From NCBI GenBank assembly GCA_029267415.1, contig JAJUIY010000001.1:1-46525 (forward strand): a stretch of 46,525 nucleotides of DNA, given 5' to 3'. A model generated the notes under the pieces. The model worked only from the letters and a program-made list of their open reading frames with translations. It made no database searches and had not been told where the DNA came from. Position 1 is the first letter of the stretch. Each line of letters begins with the position of its first letter. The stretch comes from Alcaligenaceae bacterium (GTDB taxonomy: Bacteria > Pseudomonadota > Gammaproteobacteria > Burkholderiales > Burkholderiaceae_B). Position numbers and translations under genes: made by a program. This document shows positions 1 to 9,047 of the stretch, piece by piece.

Positions 1-144
1 TGCTGCATTGGCGTTAGCAGCCGGTGTCAGCACACTGGTTAGTAAGGTGTAGTGAGTACTCCCACCCCTTAGTTTAATGATAAAAAAACAGATTACTATC
101 GGGTTTACCGCACATCAGATGCTAAATTTTGCACAAGGATCCGC

Positions 145-1089
145 ATGCTTAACTGGGATGGCGTTCGTTATTTCCTGGAGGTGGCCCGCACACAGCGAGT
201 GAGTATTGCGGCAACCCGTCTTGGGGTGCAGCACAGCACGGTTTCGCGCCGCATACAACACCTGGAGCGCGAGTTGGGCATCGTGCTGTTCAACAAGTCG
301 AAGGCGAGCGGTTTTACCCTGACGGAAGACGGCGAGCAGTTTTTCCATTACGCCGAACAAATTGAAAGCACATTTATTGCCGCACGCGAAAAGTTTTCAG
401 GGGAAGCGCAAACGTTGTCCGGCCATCTGCGTGTGGGCTGCACCGAAGCCTTTGGAAGCTACGTACTGGCCCCGTTGATGACTTCGTTTCAAAAGCGTTT
501 TCCGGGCATCACGCTGGACCTGCTGCCGGTACCGCGTTTTATCAGTTTATCCAAACGCGAAGCCGACATCGCCATTGCGCTTGAGCGCCCCCAGCGTGGC
601 CCTTATTTGTGCACCAAACTGGCCGACTACACCCTTAAACTCTATGGAAGCACACAGTACCTGAGCCGCAGCGCCCCCATCAAGACACGCGCCGACCTGA
701 CGCAACACACTTTTATTGGCTATGTGGAAGAATTGCTGTTCAGCGACCGGCTACGCTATCTGGATGACATCGACCCCGGCTTGCATGTCAATTTCAAAAG
801 TACCAGCGTCATCGCCCAATACCACGCGGTGTTACATGGGCAGTCATTGGCGATCCTGCCTGCCTTCATGGCATCACAAAACCCGGCATTGCAGGTGGTG
901 CTGGACAATGATGTAACCGTAAAACGCAGCTTCTGGATGTATTGCCATGAAGACCTGCGCCATTCAACACGCGTGATGGCGTTGTGGGACTTTCTGAAAA
1001 CCGCCGTTCAGCAAAACCAGCCCCTGCTGCAAGGCACCGGCCGCCAACTGACCATACCGGCGCCCGCCGGGCAGCCCGGCATCCGTTGA
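145..1089 (+). CDS. LysR-family transcriptional regulator
   Basis: 314-aa ORF. N-terminal winged-HTH signature (LNWDGVRYFLEVARTQRVSIAATRLGVQHSTVSRRIQHLE) followed by a LysR-type substrate-binding region. Confidence 0.9.
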   Translation: MLNWDGVRYFLEVARTQRVSIAATRLGVQHSTVSRRIQHLERELGIVLFNKSKASGFTLTEDGEQFFHYAEQIESTFIAAREKFSGEAQTLSGHLRVGCTEAFGSYVLAPLMTSFQKRFPGITLDLLPVPRFISLSKREADIAIALERPQRGPYLCTKLADYTLKLYGSTQYLSRSAPIKTRADLTQHTFIGYVEELLFSDRLRYLDDIDPGLHVNFKSTSVIAQYHAVLHGQSLAILPAFMASQNPALQVVLDNDVTVKRSFWMYCHEDLRHSTRVMALWDFLKTAVQQNQPLLQGTGRQLTIPAPAGQPGIR

Positions 1090-2199
1090 TTACGCCGCTG
1101 ACGCTTGACGCGGGGCCTTAATACGCAGCTTGCGCCACATGAGGTACACCATGAGCGCCAAAAATATGGCGTGCACCAGCCACACGCCCACCCCGAAACT
1201 CAGCTCGCCACCACTTATCCACCCACGGGACAGGTTGATCAAGTTCATATAGAGCATGCCGATCAGACCGGCAATGAGGATGTCGCCCGATCGCCCCAGA
1301 CGCGGATTGCTGGCCCCCAGCGGAATCGCCAGCAGCGCCAGATTAAGCGCGGCCACAGGCAATGCCAGACGCCACATTATTTGCGCACGCGAACGGTCGG
1401 TATCGTCATTCAGAAGCTGGGTAGTAGGGCGTGCCTTGCTTCGTTGCTCGGCCGCGCGACGTGCGGCCTCCACGGTGTCTTCGCCCCCCTTGCTTTCCAG
1501 ACGCAAGCCGTAACTGTCGAAGTCAAACAGCCGCAAATCGGCTTGGCCGGGCTTGATGTCGTAGCGATGGCCTTCGGCAAGCACCAGGAAACGGTCGCCG
1601 TTTTCTTCCACCTGGATGTGAGCGCTGTGCGCGGTAATAACACTGAGCCATTCGGGATCAATCACACGCGCAATAATGCGCCCCATCTCGTCGCCTTCCT
1701 CAACAGGTTCTTCGGCAAAGAACACGCGTGCCCCGTCCTCGGTCTCGATAAACTGGCCGGTGCTGATCTTCGAAAGGTCAGAGCGTTGCTCGTAGCGCTG
1801 GCGGTACTCTTCAATTTGGCGATACGCCCACGGCGAAGCGGCCATCGTTAAAATGGCAATCACAATTGCAACCGGTACAGCACATCGCAACACCGGTCCA
1901 ACCCAGTCACGCAACGACAAGCCGCTGGCAAACCACACCACCATTTCCGATTCACGATAGCTTCGCGTTACCGTAGTAAGTACGGCAATAAACAGCGACA
2001 CCGATAAAATAACGGGCAATGCCGTAATACTGGAAAAAGTGGCCAGGCCCAATACCACGTCGGCGCCAATTTCGCCGCCGGCGGCTTCACCCAGCAGCCG
2101 GACAAGCAACACGCTTAGCCAGACAACCAGCAGTGTCGATAGCACCACCCCGGCGTGGCTGGTGATTTCGGCAATAACGGAACGCTTGAATAGTGACAT
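1090..2199 (-). CDS. lptF: LPS export ABC permease, YjgP/YjgQ family (LptF-like)
   Basis: 369-aa ORF with hydrophobic N- and C-terminal TM blocks flanking a soluble central region, the LptF/LptG architecture. Divergent from pepA, as lptF is in many proteobacteria. No lptG follows it here. Confidence 0.75.
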   Translation of the reverse strand: MSLFKRSVIAEITSHAGVVLSTLLVVWLSVLLVRLLGEAAGGEIGADVVLGLATFSSITALPVILSVSLFIAVLTTVTRSYRESEMVVWFASGLSLRDWVGPVLRCAVPVAIVIAILTMAASPWAYRQIEEYRQRYEQRSDLSKISTGQFIETEDGARVFFAEEPVEEGDEMGRIIARVIDPEWLSVITAHSAHIQVEENGDRFLVLAEGHRYDIKPGQADLRLFDFDSYGLRLESKGGEDTVEAARRAAEQRSKARPTTQLLNDDTDRSRAQIMWRLALPVAALNLALLAIPLGASNPRLGRSGDILIAGLIGMLYMNLINLSRGWISGGELSFGVGVWLVHAIFLALMVYLMWRKLRIKAPRQASAA

Positions 2200-2254
2200 G
2201 TGACAATATGCGGGATAATCGCAAAGAATTTACTGAAACTTTCGGGAACGTCGA

Positions 2255-3775
2255 ATGGAACTCAACACACTGACCTCGTCTTCACTGCCGCAAACCAAAA
2301 CAGCCGCCTTGGCAGTGGGCGTTTTTACCGACGGCATCTTAAGCTCGGCCGCCGATATTATCGATCAAGCCAGCGAAGGGGCCATCAAAGCCGTCCTGAA
2401 ATCTGAATTCAAGGCCGCGCCCACTACCCACCTGGTTTTGCGCAACCTGCCGGGCGTGAGCGCCGAACGCGTTGTGCTGATTGGCCTGGGCAAGCAAGAC
2501 GCCTACAAGGCCTCAGTGCACGCCGACGCAGAACGTACCTTTGCCAACTATTGCGCCAAGGCCAGCCTGCGCGAGGGGGTCAGCACCCTGGCCGCAATCG
2601 AGTGCCCTGATTCTACCCTTTCCTCGCGCGCCAAGGCACTGGCCATGGCAGCGGGCGACGCCACCTACCATTATGACGCCACGCTGAGCAAAAAGGACGA
2701 GAACCCGGCACCCAAATTGAGAAAACTGAGCCTCTGGACAGACCGTGCCCAGTCTGAGGAAGCAAAAGCCGGCTTGCGCGAAGGTCAGGCCATTGCCAAT
2801 GGCATGGCGCTAACGCGCTTGCTGGGAGACCTGCCCGGCAACATCTGCACACCCACCTATTTGGGCGACACGGCAAAGCAACTGGCTGAACAGTTCAACA
2901 GCCTGCAGGTCGAGGTGCTTAACCAGCAGGAGATTGAAGCGCTGGGCATGGGGTCATTCCTGTCGGTGGCCCGGGGATCGGACGAGCCCCCCGTATTTAT
3001 TGTGCTGAAGCACACGCCCTCGGCCCAGAATGCCAGCAAGGGCAAACAAGACAAGACCGCCCCGCTGGTGTTAGTTGGCAAGGGTCTGACGTTTGACTCG
3101 GGTGGTATTTCGATCAAGCCCGCCAAGGGCATGGACGAAATGAAGTACGACATGTGCGGCGCCGCCACGGTACTGGGCACGCTGCGGGCCGTTGCCGAAC
3201 TGGACCTGAACCGCGAAGTCATTGGCGTGATCGCCTCGTGCGAAAATATGCCCAGCGGCACGGCCAACAAGCCCGGCGATGTGGTCACCAGCATGTCCGG
3301 CCAAACCATCGAAATTCTGAACACCGACGCCGAAGGTCGTCTGGTGCTGTGCGACGCCCTCACCTACGCCGAGCGCTTCAAGCCGGCGGCCGTCATCGAC
3401 ATCGCCACCCTGACCGGGGCCTGCGTCGTCGCATTAGGGCACGTCAACACCGGGTTGTTCGCGTCGGACGACACCCTGGCCCAACAGCTGGTGCAGGCGG
3501 GCAAGCAAGTGCACGACCCCGCTTGGCATATGCCGATGGACGACGCCTATCAGAAACAGCTCAAATCACGCTTCGCCGATATCGCCAACATTGGCGGGCC
3601 GTCGGCCGGCGCCATCACCGCCGCATGCTTCCTGTCGCGCTTCACCAAAGCTTACCCATGGGCGCACTTGGATATTGCCGGCACCGCATGGCATAGTGGC
3701 GGCGACAACAAGGGGGCATCGGGCCGCCCAGTCCCGCTGCTTGTGCAGTACCTGATTGGTCAGGCTGCTTCCTGA
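2255..3775 (+). CDS. pepA: Leucyl aminopeptidase (M17)
   Basis: 506-aa ORF with M17 motifs VGKGLTFDSGGISIKP and NTDAEGRLVLCDALTYA. Confidence 0.95.
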   Translation: MELNTLTSSSLPQTKTAALAVGVFTDGILSSAADIIDQASEGAIKAVLKSEFKAAPTTHLVLRNLPGVSAERVVLIGLGKQDAYKASVHADAERTFANYCAKASLREGVSTLAAIECPDSTLSSRAKALAMAAGDATYHYDATLSKKDENPAPKLRKLSLWTDRAQSEEAKAGLREGQAIANGMALTRLLGDLPGNICTPTYLGDTAKQLAEQFNSLQVEVLNQQEIEALGMGSFLSVARGSDEPPVFIVLKHTPSAQNASKGKQDKTAPLVLVGKGLTFDSGGISIKPAKGMDEMKYDMCGAATVLGTLRAVAELDLNREVIGVIASCENMPSGTANKPGDVVTSMSGQTIEILNTDAEGRLVLCDALTYAERFKPAAVIDIATLTGACVVALGHVNTGLFASDDTLAQQLVQAGKQVHDPAWHMPMDDAYQKQLKSRFADIANIGGPSAGAITAACFLSRFTKAYPWAHLDIAGTAWHSGGDNKGASGRPVPLLVQYLIGQAAS

Positions 3776-4220
3776 CGTGGCACGCATCGACTTCGCATTT
3801 GGCGTCGAACACCGCTTGCGCGCGGCCTGCGATGTTGTGCGCAAGCATTATCTGGCCGGACGCCGCGTCATCGTCTACACGCGTGACGCGCAGCGTCTGG
3901 CCTATTTAGATCGCCTGTTGTGGGGCTTCGATCCAACGTCATTTGTGCCGCATGTGCGCCATGACGACCCTCTTGCCGTCACCACGGCCGTCGTATTGAC
4001 GGCCGAATCTCCCGCCGCCACGCGCGAACACGCCAGTGCGCCCGACGCCTGGCTACTTAACCTTGACCTTGACTGCCCACCGGATGCCGACGCCTTCGAC
4101 CGCATCCTCGAGATCGTGTCCAACCACGAAGATGACAAGGCCGCCGCGCGCAATCGGTGGCGCCTTTACCAAGCGGCGGGCCATACGCTGCACGCGCACG
4201 ATGTGTCGGGTCGGCACTAA
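3756..4220 (+). CDS. holC: DNA polymerase III subunit chi
   Basis: 154-aa ORF directly after pepA (the conserved pepA-holC linkage) with a chi-like N-terminus (RIDFAFGVEHRLRAACDVVRKHY). The ORF overlaps pepA by 20 nt. A GTG at 3777, just after the pepA stop, is a plausible true start. Confidence 0.75.
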   Translation: MVRLLPDVARIDFAFGVEHRLRAACDVVRKHYLAGRRVIVYTRDAQRLAYLDRLLWGFDPTSFVPHVRHDDPLAVTTAVVLTAESPAATREHASAPDAWLLNLDLDCPPDADAFDRILEIVSNHEDDKAAARNRWRLYQAAGHTLHAHDVSGRH

Positions 4221-4337
4221 ACCAGTGCGCCGGAGGCGGGGCGTCACGACCCTGGCGGCCAATTCCCTTGCGTATTCAGGTATTTGTAAGGTAAGCTTGT
4301 TGAATTAAGTAATACATTAATCCACAGGGGTTTAATC

Positions 4338-5042
4338 ATGAGCGAGTTTCGCCAACCAAGCCTGCCCGAACAGGGCTCTTTTGGCACAAGCAATGTGCAG
4401 GTGCGCAACCGCGTACTGCGCAATACTTATTGGCTGCTGGCGCTGTCGTTAGTGCCAACGGTCTTGGGCGCCATGGTGGGCCTAAGCTCTGGCATCAACC
4501 AAATCATGGCGGCCAGCCCGGGCGCCAGCGCCATCATCTTCCTGGTGGGTGCATTTGGCCTGATGTTCATGGTTGAACGCAACAAAAACAACTCGCTGGG
4601 CGTTGCCCTGCTGTTGGCATTCACCTTCTTCATGGGCCTGATGCTGTCGCGCATTTTGGGCTTTGTGCTGGGCATGTCCAATGGCTCTCAGCTGATCATG
4701 CTGGCCTTTGGCGGTACCGCGGCCGTATTTGGCACTATGGCTACCATTGCCACCACAACCAAACGCGACTTCAGCCACCTGCAAAAATTTTTGCTGATTG
4801 GTGTGGTGCTGCTGATCGTAGCCTCGCTGGCCAATATTTTCCTGCAGCTGCCTGCCCTGATGCTCACCGTCTCCGTCATGGCCGTGGGTATCTTCTCTGT
4901 ACTGCTGCTGGTCGATCTCCAGCGTGTGGTCAACGGCGGTGAAACCAACTATATTTCGGCCACGTTGGCGGTATACCTGGATGTGTACAACATCTTCGTC
5001 AACCTGCTGATGCTGCTGGGGGTATTTGGCGGTCGCGAGTAA
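4338..5042 (+). CDS. Bax inhibitor-1/YccA family membrane protein
   Basis: 234-aa multi-TM ORF. BI-1/UPF0005-like organisation, including the C-terminal DLQRVVNGGETNYISATLAVYLDVYNIFVNLL region. Confidence 0.85.
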   Translation: MSEFRQPSLPEQGSFGTSNVQVRNRVLRNTYWLLALSLVPTVLGAMVGLSSGINQIMAASPGASAIIFLVGAFGLMFMVERNKNNSLGVALLLAFTFFMGLMLSRILGFVLGMSNGSQLIMLAFGGTAAVFGTMATIATTTKRDFSHLQKFLLIGVVLLIVASLANIFLQLPALMLTVSVMAVGIFSVLLLVDLQRVVNGGETNYISATLAVYLDVYNIFVNLLMLLGVFGGRE

Positions 5043-5070
5043 CCGCACGTACGCCCGTTTATCCCATATT

Positions 5071-5112
5071 AAAACGGCCTGCCCGGCATATCTTCTCCGG
5101 CAGGCCGTTTTT
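5071..5112. terminator. Bidirectional intrinsic terminator between the BI-1 gene and rarD
   Basis: AAAACGGCCTGCCCGG-catatcttct-CCGGCAGGCCGTTTTT: a 12-13 bp GC-rich stem with one bulged C. It has an A-tract on the left and a T-tract on the right, so it can terminate on both strands. Confidence 0.6.
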
Positions 5113-5230
5113 ATCGAGCAGTAAAAATACGCCTGTTGCTTACCAAAGCGCTTCATTTACTTTGCTGCGGTGCGGCTCACTTCGCTTATCTTGAAGCCGC
5201 TGTGTCTATAGTTCCGACGGCTATCGTCGT

Positions 5231-6136
5231 TTATTTTGGCGCGGTGCTCGTTACGGCCGCCTCGCGGCGCCATGCCAGAATGCCTTCTACGCTTACCAAC
5301 CCCACGGCAATCCAAATAGGCACATAGGTGAACAGCGCCTGCAGGCTTACAGGCTCGTGCAGCAGCAACAGCGCCACCCAGAACAACAGCACCGGCTCAA
5401 CATAGCCCAAAATGCCAAACAGGCCCAACGGCAACTTGCGACTGGCCGAAATATACGCCACCAAGGCCACCGAGCTGATCAAGCCCATTATCGGCACCAG
5501 CAACCACAGCCAAGGCTGCACCACAAACGGATGCCATACTCCCAATGCGTCGGTATACAACACATAGACTGCAGCGGGCACCAGCAGCACCATATCGAAC
5601 CACAGTGTGCTAAATGACCCGATACGCAAATAGCGTCGCAACATGAAATACGGTGGGTAGCCAAACATGACCAAGGCCGTGGCCCACGAAAAAGCGCCCA
5701 TGAACAGCAGCTCGTGCAGCACACCAAGTGCCGCAAAGGCCACCGCCCACGTTTGCATCCGGCTTAAGCGCTCGTGATAGAAAACACGGCCCACCAGCAC
5801 CATCACCAGTGGCAACAAAAAATAGCCCATGGAGACATCAATCGCTTTCTGGTGCAACGGTGCCCATACAAACAGCCACAACTGTGCACCGATCAGTGCA
5901 GCACTGGTCACCAACATGGCGGCGAAACGCCACTCGGTGACCAACCGCTTGCCAACCGCCCTTACCTCGGGCCAGACACGCGCCCGCGTGATCACCAACG
6001 CCAATGCAGGCAAGCCCAATAAAATGCGCCAGGCGAACACGGCGGTGCCACTTAAGGGGTCCAGCAACGTAACGTAGTAATAAAGCAGTGCAAACAGTGC
6101 CGATGCCAGCACTGATAATACAACCCCTTGTTTCAT
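5231..6136 (-). CDS. rarD: EamA/DMT-family permease, RarD-like
   Basis: 301-aa ORF with about 10 TM segments and the duplicated EamA-type organisation. Its ATG overlaps the stop of the upstream PIN gene (ATGA at 6133-6136). Confidence 0.7.
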   Translation of the reverse strand: MKQGVVLSVLASALFALLYYYVTLLDPLSGTAVFAWRILLGLPALALVITRARVWPEVRAVGKRLVTEWRFAAMLVTSAALIGAQLWLFVWAPLHQKAIDVSMGYFLLPLVMVLVGRVFYHERLSRMQTWAVAFAALGVLHELLFMGAFSWATALVMFGYPPYFMLRRYLRIGSFSTLWFDMVLLVPAAVYVLYTDALGVWHPFVVQPWLWLLVPIMGLISSVALVAYISASRKLPLGLFGILGYVEPVLLFWVALLLLHEPVSLQALFTYVPIWIAVGLVSVEGILAWRREAAVTSTAPK

Positions 6137-6789
6137 GCGTGACCCTGGAACAGGCGATTAAGTCGGAACAGGCGTTCGCGTTTAAGTAGAAATTCGAGCG
6201 TATCGGGCTGAAAGGCGGCTTGCGTAATTTGCTCAACAAGCTGCACCAAATGTTGGCGCACGGCAGGCGCATCGTGCTGCCAGTAACGGCTAAGCAGCTG
6301 GTCGGGGTCGAACAGATACAGTCCCAGGCGGCGCAATTCGGCGCGATGGAAGTCTTTAATGTTGCGCGTGATGACGGCAACCTTGGTGTCGGGATAGCGC
6401 TCCAGTGCTGCCCGCCCGGCTGCAATCACGTGCCAGTCTTTGGGATCGCTGCGCACCAAACCGGCCAGATGGGCGCTTACGTCGCCCATATCAGCAAGGG
6501 GATGGGCTTTCTGGATAGCCGCCCACTGCTTGTGAACGTCATCGGGGTCGGCCTGCCAAAGCTTTTCAGCAGTACGGCACCATTCCTTGCCAATCATGGC
6601 ACTCCACGTCGGTGCAAAGCACCCGGCCTGCCCCATATTAAGCAGTAGCGGACGCAACACGCTGGAGATCAAAACGCAGGTATCCAACACTACCACATCA
6701 GGCACCAACGGCAAGGCATCAGAAACGGGTTGTGCCGGCTCGGGCAAGCGCCGGACGCGGGCAGGCTGGCAGTGAGAATCGACTGTCAC
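6133..6789 (-). CDS. PIN-domain (VapC-like) putative ribonuclease, no adjacent antitoxin
   Basis: 218-aa ORF. Acidic PIN positions are in canonical order: VVVLD36TCVLIS, GKE69W, SD115PKD118WHVIAAG, VITRN143IKD146F. The GTG start overlaps the recO stop (GTGA). Several in-frame TTG/GTG codons up to about codon 34 could be the true start. Confidence 0.7.
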   Translation of the reverse strand: MTVDSHCQPARVRRLPEPAQPVSDALPLVPDVVVLDTCVLISSVLRPLLLNMGQAGCFAPTWSAMIGKEWCRTAEKLWQADPDDVHKQWAAIQKAHPLADMGDVSAHLAGLVRSDPKDWHVIAAGRAALERYPDTKVAVITRNIKDFHRAELRRLGLYLFDPDQLLSRYWQHDAPAVRQHLVQLVEQITQAAFQPDTLEFLLKRERLFRLNRLFQGHA

Positions 6790-7388
6790 CGATACAGTTC
6801 CATCAAGACTTTACGGGTTTGCAGGGGGCGCCCGAGCAGCTCATCAAGCCGCTCGCGCAATACGGGACGAAATTGGCGTTCAATGTCAGCATCTGCAAAA
6901 TCAGGCATGGGCTCGTCAAACCCATACCCTGTTTCTTGCAGCAACGCCCATTCGAACTGGCGTAGCAAACCTGAAATTGGCAAGCTGGTGTCGCGATCTT
7001 GCCCCACTGCAACCAGTTTGGCCAGCGCAGCCTCATAGGCATCAAACAGCACCGGGTGCGCATCTTCACGGGGCAGCAGCCGCAAAAGCAGCTCGTTCAT
7101 GTACCACGCTGACATAAATGCCCGACCACGCAAGGGCTGGATGCCCGCACTTTCGGCGCGCGTCAGGGTTTTAACTTCGCCGGCGCCACTCCACGACAGG
7201 CTAAGTGGTTGAAATGCATTAAGTACGGGGCGCAGCACTGAATGGGGCCGTTTGGCCCCTTTGGCTACCATGGCCACCACACCGTGTTCGCGCGCAAACA
7301 CTTGCACCACCAATGACGTTTCGCGCCACGCCGTGGCATGCAGCAAATAAGCAGGTACATTGACGACGCGTTGGCCCCGTCTACTCAT
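6786..7388 (-). CDS. recO: DNA repair protein RecO (short form)
   Basis: 200-aa ORF with a RecO N-terminal OB-fold region (AYLLHATAWRETSLVVQVFAREHGVVAMVAKGAKR) in the conserved position after era. It contains no Cys residues and is shorter than typical RecO. Confidence 0.8.
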   Translation of the reverse strand: MSRRGQRVVNVPAYLLHATAWRETSLVVQVFAREHGVVAMVAKGAKRPHSVLRPVLNAFQPLSLSWSGAGEVKTLTRAESAGIQPLRGRAFMSAWYMNELLLRLLPREDAHPVLFDAYEAALAKLVAVGQDRDTSLPISGLLRQFEWALLQETGYGFDEPMPDFADADIERQFRPVLRERLDELLGRPLQTRKVLMELYR

Positions 7389-8271
7389 AGCCCAGTTCGC
7401 GCAGCAGACTCTCGCGCTCGGTCCAGCCTTTTCTTACTTTGACAAACACTTCCAGAAAAACGGGTTTATCCAGCAATTCGACAATGTCCTGGCGTGCCTC
7501 GGTGGCAATACGGCGCATGTGGGTACCCTTGGTGCCCAGCAGGATGGGCCGGTGGCTTTCACGTTCCACCAGAATGCACGCCGCAATACGCACCCCCTTT
7601 TCGTCTTCTTCCCAGTTTTCGATGTACACCGTGCAGCCGTAGGGAAGCTCGTCGCCTACCAGGCGAAATACCTTTTCACGCAGGATTTCGGCCGTGAGGA
7701 AACGGACGGAGCGGTCAGTCAGCGCGTCTTCGGAGAACATGTGTTCGCCTTCAGGCAGACGCCCCCCTATTTCTTGCAACAGGTTATCCAGCTGGATGTC
7801 GCGCATGGCGCTAATGGGCACCACCGCGTCATAAGGGTACTGCAGCATGACTTTTTCGACATAGGGCAACAAGGTAGTTTTGTCTTTTACCAAGTCGACC
7901 TTGTTTACGGCCAGGATCGCTTTCTTATCCTTGGGCAATAGCGGGACAATTTGAGCATCGGCGGGCGTCCACCGTCCGGCCTCAACCACGTGTACCACCA
8001 CATCAACATCAGACAGCGTCTGGGTGACGACACGGTTCATCATACGGTTCATGGCACCACCATGCCGGGTTTGAAAGCCCGGGGTGTCCACGAACACAAA
8101 CTGTTTGCTGTCGCGCGTCAGAACGCCGTGGATGCGGTGACGCGTGGTTTGCGCCTTACGCGACACAATGGATATTTTGCTGCCAATCAGGGCGTTGGCC
8201 AGCGTGGATTTCCCCACGTTGGGCCGGCCAACCAGGGCAACAAACCCGCAATACGTTGTGGTGTCTGTCAT
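7381..8271 (-). CDS. era: GTPase Era
   Basis: 296 aa. G1 [10 protein letters not shown]3 DTPG, G4 NKVD, and a C-terminal KH domain. Follows rnc with a 4-nt overlap. Confidence 0.95.
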   Translation of the reverse strand: MTDTTTYCGFVALVGRPNVGKSTLANALIGSKISIVSRKAQTTRHRIHGVLTRDSKQFVFVDTPGFQTRHGGAMNRMMNRVVTQTLSDVDVVVHVVEAGRWTPADAQIVPLLPKDKKAILAVNKVDLVKDKTTLLPYVEKVMLQYPYDAVVPISAMRDIQLDNLLQEIGGRLPEGEHMFSEDALTDRSVRFLTAEILREKVFRLVGDELPYGCTVYIENWEEDEKGVRIAACILVERESHRPILLGTKGTHMRRIATEARQDIVELLDKPVFLEVFVKVRKGWTERESLLRELGYE

Positions 8272-9047
8272 TTTGTCTCCTGGATAACGGCCACCGGCAA
8301 TGAGAGCTGCGCAGCACGGCGCCCGCGAGCCCCACGCGAACCGCCTTTTCCGGACTTGGGCGGCGCATCGGGCTCAAGGCGGGTCAAGGCCTCGATGGCC
8401 AACTCGGCCGCGCCCTGCTCGGCCGCACGCCGGCTGGTACCGCTGGCGGTGACGGCAATCTCGGGCCGCTCGATACGGCATTCGACCTCGAAAAGCTGAT
8501 CGTGTGCTGCCCCTTGCGTACTGATGACGGTATAAACCGGAAGTTCACGCCGGCGGGCCTGGAGCAGTTCTTGCAAGCGCGTTTTGGGGTCTTTGCCCAA
8601 GGTGACGGGGTTGATGTTGGCCACCAAAGGTTGGTATTGCCGGGCAATCACATGATGGGCGGCTTCAAAACCGCCGTCCAGATAGACCGCGCCAAACAGC
8701 GCTTCAAGGGCATCCGACAAAATAGAAGGACGCCGAAAGCCGCCACTTTTTAATTCGCCCTCGCCCAGGCGCAAGTATCGTGACAGATGCAGGTGCTGTG
8801 CAATATCGGCCAGTGCCGACTGCTTCACCAGGTTGGCGCGCAGGCGCGACAAATCCCCTTCGTCCATGTCGGGGAAGCGTTCAAACAGCAAGGCCGCCAC
8901 AACAAAATTAAGTACGGAGTCGCCCAGAAACTCGAGGCGCTCGTTGTGTTGTGCGCTATGGCTACGGTGCGTCAGTGCCCGGCGAAGCAGGTCGCGGTCG
9001 GCAAAGGAATAATCAAGCGCGGCCAGCAAGGCGGTGGTATCGGCCAT
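8268..9047 (-). CDS. rnc: Ribonuclease III
   Basis: 259 aa. RNase III signature [17 protein letters not shown] plus a dsRBD. It also has a roughly 35-aa Gly/Arg-rich C-terminal tail. Confidence 0.95.
   Translation of the reverse strand: MADTTALLAALDYSFADRDLLRRALTHRSHSAQHNERLEFLGDSVLNFVVAALLFERFPDMDEGDLSRLRANLVKQSALADIAQHLHLSRYLRLGEGELKSGGFRRPSILSDALEALFGAVYLDGGFEAAHHVIARQYQPLVANINPVTLGKDPKTRLQELLQARRRELPVYTVISTQGAAHDQLFEVECRIERPEIAVTASGTSRRAAEQGAAELAIEALTRLEPDAPPKSGKGGSRGARGRRAAQLSLPVAVIQETK

Noticed and set aside
1-52. A possible 3' end of an upstream gene. Frame 2 reads AALALAAGVSTLVSKV then TAG at 50-52. Frame 1 also stays open until 40-42.
   Set aside because: Only about 16 codons are visible and two frames are open, so neither the frame nor the function can be established.
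115-360. An 81-aa minus-strand ORF overlapping the start of the LysR gene.
   Set aside because: It is antisense to the well-supported LysR HTH-coding region and has no motif or SD.
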